Assembly: GCA_963773065.1 (NCBI GenBank)
Contig: CAVYZN010000006.1
Span: 128,001 to 192,000 of the forward strand
DNA from: an uncultured Gammaproteobacteria bacterium
GTDB lineage: Bacteria; Pseudomonadota; Gammaproteobacteria; UBA9214
Length of the DNA stretch: 64,000 nt
Direction of reading: 5' to 3'
Shown one piece after another: positions 45,807-55,441 of the stretch (within the stretch, counting starts at the first letter, position 1; every line of letters begins with the position of its first letter). The notes beneath the pieces are model-generated. The model searched no databases. It saw only the letters and a program-made list of their open reading frames with translations, and was not told the origin of the DNA. The translations under genes were made by a program, and so were the position numbers.

Positions 45807-45827
45807 CCCTGACCTGGTAAGGTTGGT

Positions 45828-46763
45828 CTACAGAAGTTTGATACTGGCGCGAATGCCGAGGAGCGAGTGCCGAAAAGCGGCCAGTTCCGCTTCGCTCAAG
45901 TCCAACTCAATCACCCTTTCGATACCTTGACTTCCGAGTACGGCGGGCACGCCCACGGTAACATCGTGTTCCTGGTATTCACCGTCCAGTACACAGACAC
46001 AGGGCAGGATTCGTTTGCGGTCATGGCTGATGGCATCGACCATGGTGGCGATTGCCGCCGCCGGGGCGTTATAGGCGCTGCTGGTTTTCCTCAGCGCCAG
46101 CACCTCGGCGCCGCCGTTGCGCGTGTGTTCGGCCACACGTTCTATAGCCGCCGTGTCCATGAAATTCGTTACCGGTATGCCGCTGATGCTGCTGAAGCGG
46201 AACAAGGGCACCATGGTGTCGTCATGGCTGCCGACTACCAGCGTCTGAATATCCTTGGAGGACAACCCGGTTTCCTGGGTAATAGCATTGGCCATGCGTG
46301 AGGCGTCGAGGACCCCGCCCTGGCCGAAGACGCGACCCCGGTCCCAGCCCGTCTGTTTCCAGACATGCCAGGTCAGCGCATCGACAGGGTTCGTGACCAG
46401 CAGCAACAAGGCGCTGGGCGCGTATCGCAGCACCTGATCGACAATGTCGTCGATAACGCTCCGATTGATCTGGAGTACATCCCTGCGTGACATGCCGGGC
46501 TTGCGCGGTGAACCGGCGGTGACTATGACCAGGTCGGAGTCAGCAATGATTGCCGGTTCGTGTCCGCCGTGGATCCGTACATCAAATTTGAAAAAAGACG
46601 CCGACTGCTGGATGTCCTTCGCCGCGCCCGCGGCGGCCCCTTCGCCTACATCCAGAAGCGCCACTTCACGGCACAGCCCTTGTTCCGCGATGACCAGGGC
46701 GGTGGTTTCACCGACGCGTCCGGCGCCACCGATGATACTTATCTTGTTCATGCTGTTCTTCAT
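45828..46763 (-). CDS. mdh: Malate dehydrogenase (LDH-like type)
   Basis: GGAGRVG, TAGSPRKPGMSRRD, VTNPVD, LDASR, GSHDDTMVP. Confidence 0.88.
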   Translation of the reverse strand: MKNSMNKISIIGGAGRVGETTALVIAEQGLCREVALLDVGEGAAAGAAKDIQQSASFFKFDVRIHGGHEPAIIADSDLVIVTAGSPRKPGMSRRDVLQINRSVIDDIVDQVLRYAPSALLLLVTNPVDALTWHVWKQTGWDRGRVFGQGGVLDASRMANAITQETGLSSKDIQTLVVGSHDDTMVPLFRFSSISGIPVTNFMDTAAIERVAEHTRNGGAEVLALRKTSSAYNAPAAAIATMVDAISHDRKRILPCVCVLDGEYQEHDVTVGVPAVLGSQGIERVIELDLSEAELAAFRHSLLGIRASIKLL

Positions 46764-47040
46764 GGGCGGGTGACTCGAGTGATTATGATTTCGGTAAGTA
46801 TAGACGCTGTTGATGATTAAACCTGCATGCCCTCGTACTCGCATATGCCCTCTTGAAGGGCACTCCGGCATCGGGTCGGGCAATAGACTCGCGAGTTGAC
46901 GGCTGGCTGCCGAATTTGCGATCGCACACCCTGCCCCTGATTGCCTCACGTTCCCGCCATCCCTGCCACGAATGTCTGCGCAGTGTGTCCGGTTTTCCTA
47001 TCGGTGTCGCCGGGCAGCCATTTAGGGATCCCCGGTCACG

Positions 47041-47870
47041 TCATTGCCTCCGGGGTGTTGTTCCTCCCGTGGCGAGCACGCGCAGCGCCGCCGGGTGCCG
47101 CACGTTTATTCTCAGGCCATCATGGCCGGCCTTTATCCAGCCGCGTACTTCAACGGTTTGATCTGTCAGCTTGTCCAGGTATCCGGGGGTGAAGTTCGCG
47201 AGGTCTTTCCTCACGACATGCACCGTCAGCGGCCCGGTGAGATCCAGCCAGACACTTTGACGGGTATGTCGGACCCCTGTTACCCGCCCGCGAACAATAC
47301 GAAATCCCGCTATGCTCCGTTGCAGTGAGGCGCTGTCCTGTGGCTGGTAGGACGGTAGCGACCACAAGCCGCGGCCGCTGACACGGGCATTGGTTTCATG
47401 CTGCTGATAGCACTCGAGTGACCAGGTGTTGGGCGGCACGACCAGCGTGGTGGCCAGCCCCTGGTCCAGAAGTCGCACGGCTACGTTGCTGCCATCCTCA
47501 AGGAACGCATAGGCAAGCAGACGGCCATAATGATCGTGATCTTCCCTGCCGAGCTGCAGGTTCAGGAGATGATTGTGGCTATCGAGAAGGTCATTCAGGA
47601 AAGACCTGGCCTGTGTCGCGAGGGGTTGGGATGCTTGACCATGGTGGCCGATCTCCGGGGTATCGATGCCGATGAAACGCAAGCGCCGCCCGTCCGCCAG
47701 CCTGACGGTATCACCGTCGTAGACATAATCCACCTCAACCCGTTCGCTGGTCTGTCTGGCCGGGCAGTCAGTTGCATTGATGGTTGTTGAACTGCAACAG
47801 CAAAGGATAAGGGCAAACAGCCGGCGTCCAAAAGCAAAAAGGGTGCCCTGCAAGGACACCCTTTTACCGC
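47041..47870 (-). CDS. Thermonuclease (SNase-like) family protein; start uncertain
   Basis: VYDGDTVRL...RFIGIDTPE...DHYGRLLAY...ARVSGRGLW, followed by a C-terminal OB-like segment. Confidence 0.88.
47830..47865 (-). terminator. Intrinsic terminator downstream of rpmE
   Basis: Minus strand AAAAGGGTGTCC-TTGCA-GGGCACCCTTTTTGCTTTT. Confidence 0.7.
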
Positions 47871-47894
47871 AAAGCCTGCCGCTTGAGTAACGAG

Positions 47895-48101
47895 CTATTT
47901 GCTTTTTCCGTAGCGGCGGCGGAATTTGTCCACGCGACCGCCGGCATCGACGATCTTCTGCTTGCCGGTGTAAAACGGATGGCATTGTGAGCACACCTCG
48001 ATAGTGAGGTCCTTGCCGACAGTTGAACGCGTGGTAATTATCGAGCCACAACTGCAGGTTACTTTAATATCCCCGTACGCGGGATGGATGTCGGATTTCA
48101 T
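47895..48101 (-). CDS. rpmE: 50S ribosomal protein L31 (Zn-binding type A)
   Basis: MKSDIHPAY...CSCG...[13 protein letters not shown]; GAGG RBS. Confidence 0.97.
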   Translation of the reverse strand: MKSDIHPAYGDIKVTCSCGSIITTRSTVGKDLTIEVCSQCHPFYTGKQKIVDAGGRVDKFRRRYGKSK

Positions 48102-48433
48102 AACTACCTCGGGACTATCGGCTTTCCACCTTGCGCCGGATAGCGCAGGGCATTCGCGCAACCGCCATGAAAAGGGCGCATATAGTATGTTATAGACAGC
48201 CGGTCGGCAAGCTTCAGCTTCGCTACCCGCTGACACCCTTAGGCGGGCAGTTTGTGGCGCTGCTCGATCAGATCGAGTCGCTGCAGGCACGGGGCGATAC
48301 CGCCCGGACGAGCGCTACCGAGCCAAGCGGTGATGGATATATCGAGCCTGCCGGGATTCATACCACACTTACGCGGAATATACCCCCGACGTCGCCGATG
48401 CACGGAATGACGACCGGGTCGCGGTGTTTCCCC

Positions 48434-50766
48434 TCACCCCACACTCACCGGCACGAGGGTCATGGTGTCGTTGCCGAAGATGTCGATGACCTTGACGGCC
48501 ACGGTGTAGCGGCCCTTGTGGGTGTAGGTGTGCGGCGCGGAAATCAGTTCCAGTTCCCGGTTCCGGCGGGTGCGGAAACTCTGCCATTCGTTTTCGAAGA
48601 TAAAGCCGCCGGTCCAGCGTTCCTCGTATTCCACCTGTTCGGCATCCGTAGGGTGCGCCGTGCGCACCATCACGGGTGTAGCGTCATCGCCCCCGGTGCG
48701 CGGGGCGCACCCTACATTTATCCCGGCGTCCTTCGCCACCTTGATGATCTCCTTCCGGCTCATGTAGTCGAAATCCACCGCCCAGTAGTCCACCCAGTCG
48801 GTCCAGTGCCGGGTGAGGGTCTCGCGGGTAACCACGCCCTCCTTGTCCTTGCTCACCTTGATGAGCTGGCCCTGTTCGCAGACCACCTGGCTCTTGCCGT
48901 TTTTCATGTCCGCGGCGGCGGCTTCCACCGCGCCCTGGGTGTAGTAGACGGAGAAATCCGTCAGTTCGATCTGGAGCGTGAACTTGTCCTTCTTGTCATA
49001 ACGCGGCGTGGCCTCGACGAAGCTCACGTCGTGGAACACCACCTGGCCCTTGTCCACGGCGCGCTTGTCGAACACTTCCGCCGGGATGTATTTCGGCGCG
49101 AGGTCGATGCCCTTGCCCCTGGCCTCGTCGAGCGCGGCGGGGAAGAGGCCCATCTCGAACTCGAAGGCGAGCACGTCCACGCGCGAGGCGCCGCGCTTGC
49201 GGCATTCGGTGATGACCTCCTCCACGAACAGCCGGCCCACGGGCAGGTTGATCGGGCCGACCACGACCAGCCGCCCGGCGTTCTTGCCGTGGAAGAAGCT
49301 CGCGTCCTCCAGCGGCTGGGCGCGGTAGGCGCGCAGGATGAGATCGCGGAACTCGCGCTCCTTGTGCGCAAGCGCCTGTTCCTTCTGCGTACCGGTCAGG
49401 CGGCCGCCGACGTTGAGATAGGCCTGGCGCTCGTAGCGGCCGAGGTTCAGCACCTCGAAGGCGCGGAACGGCTTGCCGGATTCCTTCGATTCGCGCTGCA
49501 CCTGGATCAGGCGCTTGCGCGTGGTGTGGATGGCGAACTTGCCGAGGTCGGTGCAGATCCACTTGCGGCCGAGCTTTTCCGCCACCGCCGCCGTGGTGCC
49601 GGAGCCGCAGAAGAAATCGGCGACGAGATCGCCTTCGTTGCTGCTGGCCTTGAGGATGCGTTCGAACAAGGGCTTCGGGTTTTTGCGTTGGGTAGCCAAC
49701 GCGTTCATGCGCCATCGTGATTCATTGCCGGAATGTCATCCCAAATCGTTCTGAGCTGTTTGCCCTTGCCTTCGTCGAGGTAGCGCTTCTGAAGCGATTC
49801 CAGTGATGCGATACGCTATCTGCTCCAGTTGTCCATCTACTCATCGCGCAATCGTTGCATATGCCCAGACCGTCCAGCGAATTGGCGTTCGCACTATTGC
49901 GTCAATCAGAGTCTCGTTGATCCGCGGTTGTCTGTTGTATGAGGCATCTACTGTCGCTTCGTCGTAGTGTCATTGCGACTTCGTCCGTAACTTCGTGATG
50001 ACGTGAAGTCAGATTTGTCGCTGTTGGAGTGAAATCAGTAGTCGGCATTTTCGCGAATTGCTCTATACTCGTTTGTCGTAGATCGCTTCCAAACAATTTC
50101 GTTGATGAAGTTTTCTGCGCCCGAAAATTTCATCGCAGCACGACGTGCATGAAGGCAATTCACCCGCCAATCGCAATGCACATAGATGCTTCCTTCGCTG
50201 TGCATCAAATCCCGCATCAGGATCAGCCGCTCGTAGATCATCGAGATGAACGAATCCGCCCCGCGCCCCCAGGTGTCGCGGTAGGCGATCTGCTCCAGCA
50301 GGTTCGGCTCCTTGTGGAAGGTCTCGCCACCGATCTCGATGTCCATGGAGAAATCGGCGCCGACGTCGAAGGGCGGGTCGATGTAGATGAGCTTCAAGCC
50401 GCCCGCGTCCTCGATCTGGCGGCGCAGCGCGCCGCTCTTCAGCGAGGAGAGGATCAGCTTGTTGTCGCCCCAGATGAGCTTGTTGGTCCAGCCCTTCAAC
50501 TGGCGGCCGCGGGTGTCGAACAGCCCGAACTGCGGCGATTCCGGCGCCTCCTGGCGCGGCTCGTCCACATGCTCCAGCGACTGGAACGGCAGCACCGTGG
50601 TGCAGACCTCGCGGTTCTTGCCGTTCCACACCAGCTCCACCTCGCGCTTGTCCTCGAACAGGATGAAGCGGTATTTCTCCGGCAGCGCCTTGCCCTGCTG
50701 GATGAGCTGGATCAGGTCGCGCTTCTCGGCGTCGGAAATTTCGTAGGCGGGTTTTGTTTTGGACAT
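48434..50766 (-). CDS. mod: Type III R-M DNA methyltransferase (beta-class Mod); central TRD region unreadable
   Basis: IYIDPPF (motif IV), YPTQKPE and DFFCGSGTT (motif I), with a long C-terminal extension ending in [11 protein letters not shown]. Confidence 0.85.
48648..48715. repeat. GTAG-type REP doublet (REPIN) inside mod
   Basis: GTAGGGTGCGCCGTGCGCACC (48648-48668) and inverted GGTGCGCGGGGCGCACCCTAC (48695-48715). Confidence 0.85.
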
Positions 50767-50769
50767 GGC

Positions 50770-51177
50770 TCAGGTTGCAGCCAATGCTTCGGCCAGCGAT
50801 TGAGTGAGTGCCGGCGCTGCTTTGCGCAGCCTGGCGTCTTCTGTGGTGAGTTTCACGCCCAGCTCGCGCGCCGCGACCAGGAAGCGGGCGTCGTAGGCGC
50901 TGATGCAGTACTTCCCGGCGAGGGTTAGCGAATCGGTGTGGTCAACCACGATTAGCCCCGGCTCGATCAACTCCCGAATGACCGAGAATGTCGCCTGCGC
51001 CCTTGCCAACGACAGTCCACGCACCCGCATCGTGGTAGCTAATACATTTGTGAACTCGATCAGTGCGTAGCTCTCGGAGCGCCAGTCGTCATCGCTGTCC
51101 TGGAGTGTGCGCGCTGCGGCGGTGTGTGGCCCTTCGAGCATCATGAATGCCAAAATGTTGGTATCAACCAGGACCAA
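50770..51177 (-). CDS. VapC/PIN-domain toxin
   Basis: (M)VLVDTNILA...EFTNVL...ISAYDARFLVAA...TTEDARL; TTG start after AGGAG. Confidence 0.9.
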   Translation of the reverse strand: MVLVDTNILAFMMLEGPHTAAARTLQDSDDDWRSESYALIEFTNVLATTMRVRGLSLARAQATFSVIRELIEPGLIVVDHTDSLTLAGKYCISAYDARFLVAARELGVKLTTEDARLRKAAPALTQSLAEALAAT

Positions 51178-51181
51178 GCGC

Positions 51182-51406
51182 CTACTCCTGACCGTCCGCA
51201 ATGGCCGCTTCAATTTCCTCAAGGGTGATCGGCCCCCCCTTGAGCTTGAGCGGCGGTGGTAGTTTGAACTTCGATTTCTGCGTGACAACGCCCGCTTCGA
51301 TCAGGCTCACAACCTCTTTCGTCACGGAACGGTGATTGCGCCGGGCCTGACGCTTGAGCAGTTCATGTAAATGATCCGGAATATTTTTTACAACAAGAGT
51401 GCTCAT
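51182..51406 (-). CDS. FitA/Arc-like ribbon-helix-helix antitoxin
   Basis: MSTLVVKNIPDHLHELLKRQARRNHRSVTKEV; directly upstream of the PIN toxin. Confidence 0.9.
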   Translation of the reverse strand: MSTLVVKNIPDHLHELLKRQARRNHRSVTKEVVSLIEAGVVTQKSKFKLPPPLKLKGGPITLEEIEAAIADGQE

Positions 51407-51465
51407 GGCTCACCTCAATATGGATATGGAAGGTAGCGATATGGTAGCAAATAGATACCATTATG

Positions 51466-54181
51466 TCAGCCCTGGAAGTCCCTGAAGGCCGTCGCCAGCC
51501 CGGCGAAGTCCGCCGGCGGATTGCGCTCATAACCCTGCTGATCCACGTACACAAACCGATACGTCGTCCCACCCTCGGCGCGGCTCGCGGCGGTGGCGTC
51601 TTCGCACCACTGGCGCAGGCGGCTCATCTTCCGCGGCAGGTCGAGTTCCTCACGGCCCTTGGTCTCGACGATCCAGACCGTGCCGTCGGTGGTCTTCACC
51701 AGAAAATCGGGAACGTAATTTGAGAGGTCACCGTCGGCCCTGACGTAGTCGATCTTGAAACCGACGGCGAGGTAGTTCTTGGCGAACGCCGCGACGTCCG
51801 GGGCGTCGTCGAGGAAGCCGGCGAAGGCCAGCTCGAAGCCGCCGGCATGCGGCTCGCCGACGATCCGGTTGAACAGCGATTTGCGCGGCGCGAGGTAGGG
51901 CCGGTTCTCGGTGCGGAACGGCCGGGTGTCGCGCAGGCGGATGCGGTCTTCGATGCGCACCGAGCCCTTGTCCTGGACGGTGAGCGCATTGATGGCGGTT
52001 TTGAACGCGTCGAATAAAACCTTGCCCGCCTCAGGCTCGGAGAGATTGCGCAGCACCACCGGGTCTTCGAGGTCCACCGGCGCGCCGGCGAACAGATGCC
52101 GCGCCATGAAATCCCGGACCTTGGGATAGAGCACGTCGTAACCGCCGACCAGGCGCAGTTCCTTCAATAGTTGCCGTGCAAAAAAAGCGACCACTGAGCG
52201 ATAGTCCGCAGGACCGGTACCGTCGAGTTGAATGGTGTGATGCACCTCGGCGTCGAGCATGGTCTTGAAAACGATCTCACGGGTTTCCTCCGGCGTGAAC
52301 GGCTTGAGCGGAAGCCGGGTGTTGCCGAGCGTCGCCGGATCGAGGCTTTCGAGGTCCTTGTACTCGCGATTGAAGCGCCGGCGTGAGCCTCGGCAGTTGG
52401 ATATCCAGATCATCGAGGTTCTTGCCGGTGTTCTGCGTGTCCACTTCGACGACGAGCGACTCCTTGCGGCCGGCGCCCGCCCCCATCGGCACCCGCTCGA
52501 AGGTGACGCCTTCGCTCTGGATGGACTCGACGAATTCCATGAACGCCGGTGTGCCCATCACCGAGACGGTTTCGGGGACATCCGCGCCGAAATACATGCG
52601 GCGCAGGCCGCGGCCCAGGGTCTGCTCCGGCAGGATGTTGCTCTTGGCCGCGTAGGCGCGCAGACCGACGATGGTGGTGACGTTGCGCACATCCCAGCCC
52701 TCCTTGAGCATCAGCACGGAGACGATGGCCTTGTACGGACTCTCCCAGGTGTCGATCGCATTGGACTGTTTGCGCAGCCGCTCCAGTTCTTCCTTGTTCT
52801 TGGAGGAGGCGGCTTCGGAGATTTCACCGTTGTTCTTGGTGTGGATGACGAGCACCGCGCCCTGCAGCTCGGGACAGGCCGTTTCCAGCCAGGCGCCGAC
52901 CTCGTCGCAGTTCCGGGTGTCGTCGACCATGACGAACAGCACGGCCTTCTTGCCCAGGGCTTCGTGTTCGGCGTAACTCTTGCGCCATTCCTCGATGCCG
53001 AGTTGCAGGTAATCCTGGTAGTGCTCGGTGAAGATCGCGCTCTTGTGTTCCTGCAGCCGCGCGCGGCTGGCGGCGTCCGGCAGCACCGGCTGCTTGACGA
53101 CGTTCTGGTGGATCGCCTCGACCAGCGGATAATCCGAGACGGTCTGCACGAAGATCGCGCCGTTGTTGTGCCGGGGCGTGGCGGTCACATCCACCTGCAG
53201 GGCCAGGCGGTCATCCTTCTGCAGCAGCTTGTGGTGGATGTCCTGGATGCTCTTGAACCAGGCCATCTTCGGATCATGGATGTGGTGCGCCTCGTCGTTG
53301 AACACGGCCAGTTCGTCGATCTCGCGCACGATTTCGCCGAGATCGGTCTTGCTGTCGGTGGTCTTCCCCACGGGCCTGGGTCCGAAGGATGCGAGGAAGT
53401 AATCGCGCAGGTCGTCGTCTTCCAGTGACGGCTCGCGCACGTCGCCGAGGTAGACACGGTGGATGTTGGTGAGAAACAGATTGCCGGTTTCGCGCACCAC
53501 ACGCACGTCGTCCTGGATGTGCAACGTGAGCTGAAAATCGTCGCGCCAGTTGCGACCTTGATAACCGTTATCCGGCAAGATCGGATCGTTGAAAAAGATG
53601 CGCAGCCCGTCGAAGTCGGCGCGCAGCCGGTCGAGGACGATGATGTTGGGCGCGATCAGGAGAAAGTTGCGCGCCAGCGTCGAACCGGCTTCGTAGAGTT
53701 TGTGGAAATAACACCAGGCGATGAGCAGCGACAGCACCTTGGTCTTGCCCGCGCCGGTCGCCATCTTCACGACGTAGCGCGGCCAGTTCTCGTCGAACAT
53801 GTTCTGGGAAACCGCGCCCGAGGCATCGAAACGCAGCAGGTCGTACTTGTCACGCACCTGGCGCACATCGTGCAGCCAGATCACTGTCTCCACCGCTTCG
53901 CGCTGCGCGAAATAATAATGGAACGGCGACAGCGTGCCGTCGGCCTGTTCGGTCAGATGTTCGGTACCAAACCACCAGTTCAACAGCGCGCGCGAGGTAT
54001 CCGAAGCGCCCGCATAGCCCGCGCCCCGCCACGCCGAGACCTCGTCGCGGATCTTGGCCACCAGCGGCGGCAGCAACTTTTCATAGGCGGTGGCGCGCAG
54101 CTCTTCCGCGGCCGGAAACCAGCGCTGCTCCGGCAGCAGCTCGGCGTAGGGCGATTTCGGGAATTCAGGGTGTAATGCCAT
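51466..54181 (-). CDS. res: Type III restriction endonuclease Res (frameshift near 52385)
   Basis: KMATGAGKT, NDEAHH, TATP, EGWDV, QTLGRGLR helicase motifs; C-terminal YVPDF...VETKG PD-(D/E)xK nuclease. Confidence 0.92.
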
Positions 54182-54257
54182 AGAAAGTTGCTTGTTGTTC
54201 TTCAGCAGGATGAGAAGTTACCAAGGCAAACTCTAGCTTTGCCTCATCGGCGCAGAC

Positions 54258-54368
54258 GCCTCATGCCGGGTAAGTCCTGTAGTGACCGTCGGCCGCAGGG
54301 AGGCGGCCGGCGAGCGTACAGTGGACGTATTCACAGCGCGTCACGGAAGGAGTTACCCGGCAGGAGGC
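54258..54368. repeat. Inverted copy of the ~104-bp palindromic element
   Basis: The reverse complement aligns over its full length with 26982-27085. Confidence 0.8.
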
Positions 54369-54529
54369 TTTGTTAACGTAGTCATTGATAAACCCTTTTT
54401 CACGGCCTCAACCTACCCCGCCACCGACACGGGGTCAAGGCGATGGGTCGGCGTAGGGGCCTGTGTCGGAAGTGGTTGGACGGTCTTTGCCGGCAAGCGC
54501 GGTTCTGGCCATCGTCAGCGCCCCACGCA

Positions 54530-55418
54530 CTAGCCCAACTCGGACAGCAGTCTGTCGATCATCCCCTGCGCCTGGGAAAGATAGCCGCCGCCGAAGAGAT
54601 TGAGGTGGTTCAGGACGTGGTAGAGGTTATAGAGCGTCTTGCGCACCGCGTAGCCGGCGTCGAGCGGATAGGTATCGCGGTAGGCGGCGTAGAATGTCCG
54701 GCCGAAGCCGCCGAACAGTTCCGTCATGGCGAGGTCCGCCTCGCGGTCGCCGTAGTAGACGGCAGGGTCGAAAATCACCGGCTCGCCGTCGCGCGTATAC
54801 GCGTAATTGCCGGACCAGAGATCGCCGTGCAGCAGGGAGGCGGCCGGATTGATAGTCCGCGAAGAGTTGCGGTAACTCGGCGAGCAGCCGCTCGCCGCGC
54901 GCGCGCAGGCGCCCGCCGTGGCCATGGCGTTCGGCGAGGTCGAGCTGAAAGCGCAGGCGATGTTCGCGCCAGAAGGCGATCCAGTCCGGGTTCGGGGTGT
55001 TGATCTGCGGCGTGGAGCCGATGGTGTTGTCCCGCACCCAGCCGAACTGGGGTTGCGTGACCCGATGCAGGCGCGCCAGAGCCCGACCGAGAACCGCCGG
55101 GTCGCCGCTGCCGCCGAGCGCGAGGTGTTCCAGCACCAGCCAGGACGTCTGCCCGTCGACGCCCCAGCACAGCGGTTCGGGCACGCGCAAGGTATGGCTG
55201 TCCCGCAGCTCCCGCAAACCGCGCGCTTCGGCCTCGAACATTCCCACCTGTGCGGCGCCGTTGAGCTTGACGAAATAGGTCTGTCCGCCATACTGCAGGC
55301 GCACGGCCTGATTGATGCAGCCCCCGCCCACCGAACCCTGGTGCACGACGGTGGCTTTTTTCCCGGTAACCGCCGCAAGCTCGGCACCAATCGCTTCCCA
55401 CAATGACATGCGTGCCAT
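54530..55418 (-). CDS. Fructosamine kinase family protein (frameshift near 54845)
   Basis: GGGCIN, FVKLN, FGWVRDNTIGSTPQIN, LLHGDLWSGN, DPAVYYGDREADLAM. Confidence 0.92.
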
Positions 55419-55441
55419 CCCTTGTCTGGAACCCGGTTATC

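Noticed and set aside
48131-49720. 529-aa ORF on + strand
   Set aside because: Mostly antisense to mod. Only a short [17 protein letters not shown] stretch weakly resembles a winged-helix remnant, which is too little to call.
49700-50170. Diversity-generating retroelement or invertible cassette as the cause of the scrambled TRD
   Set aside because: No reverse transcriptase, template repeat, invertase or flanking inverted repeats seen in the window.
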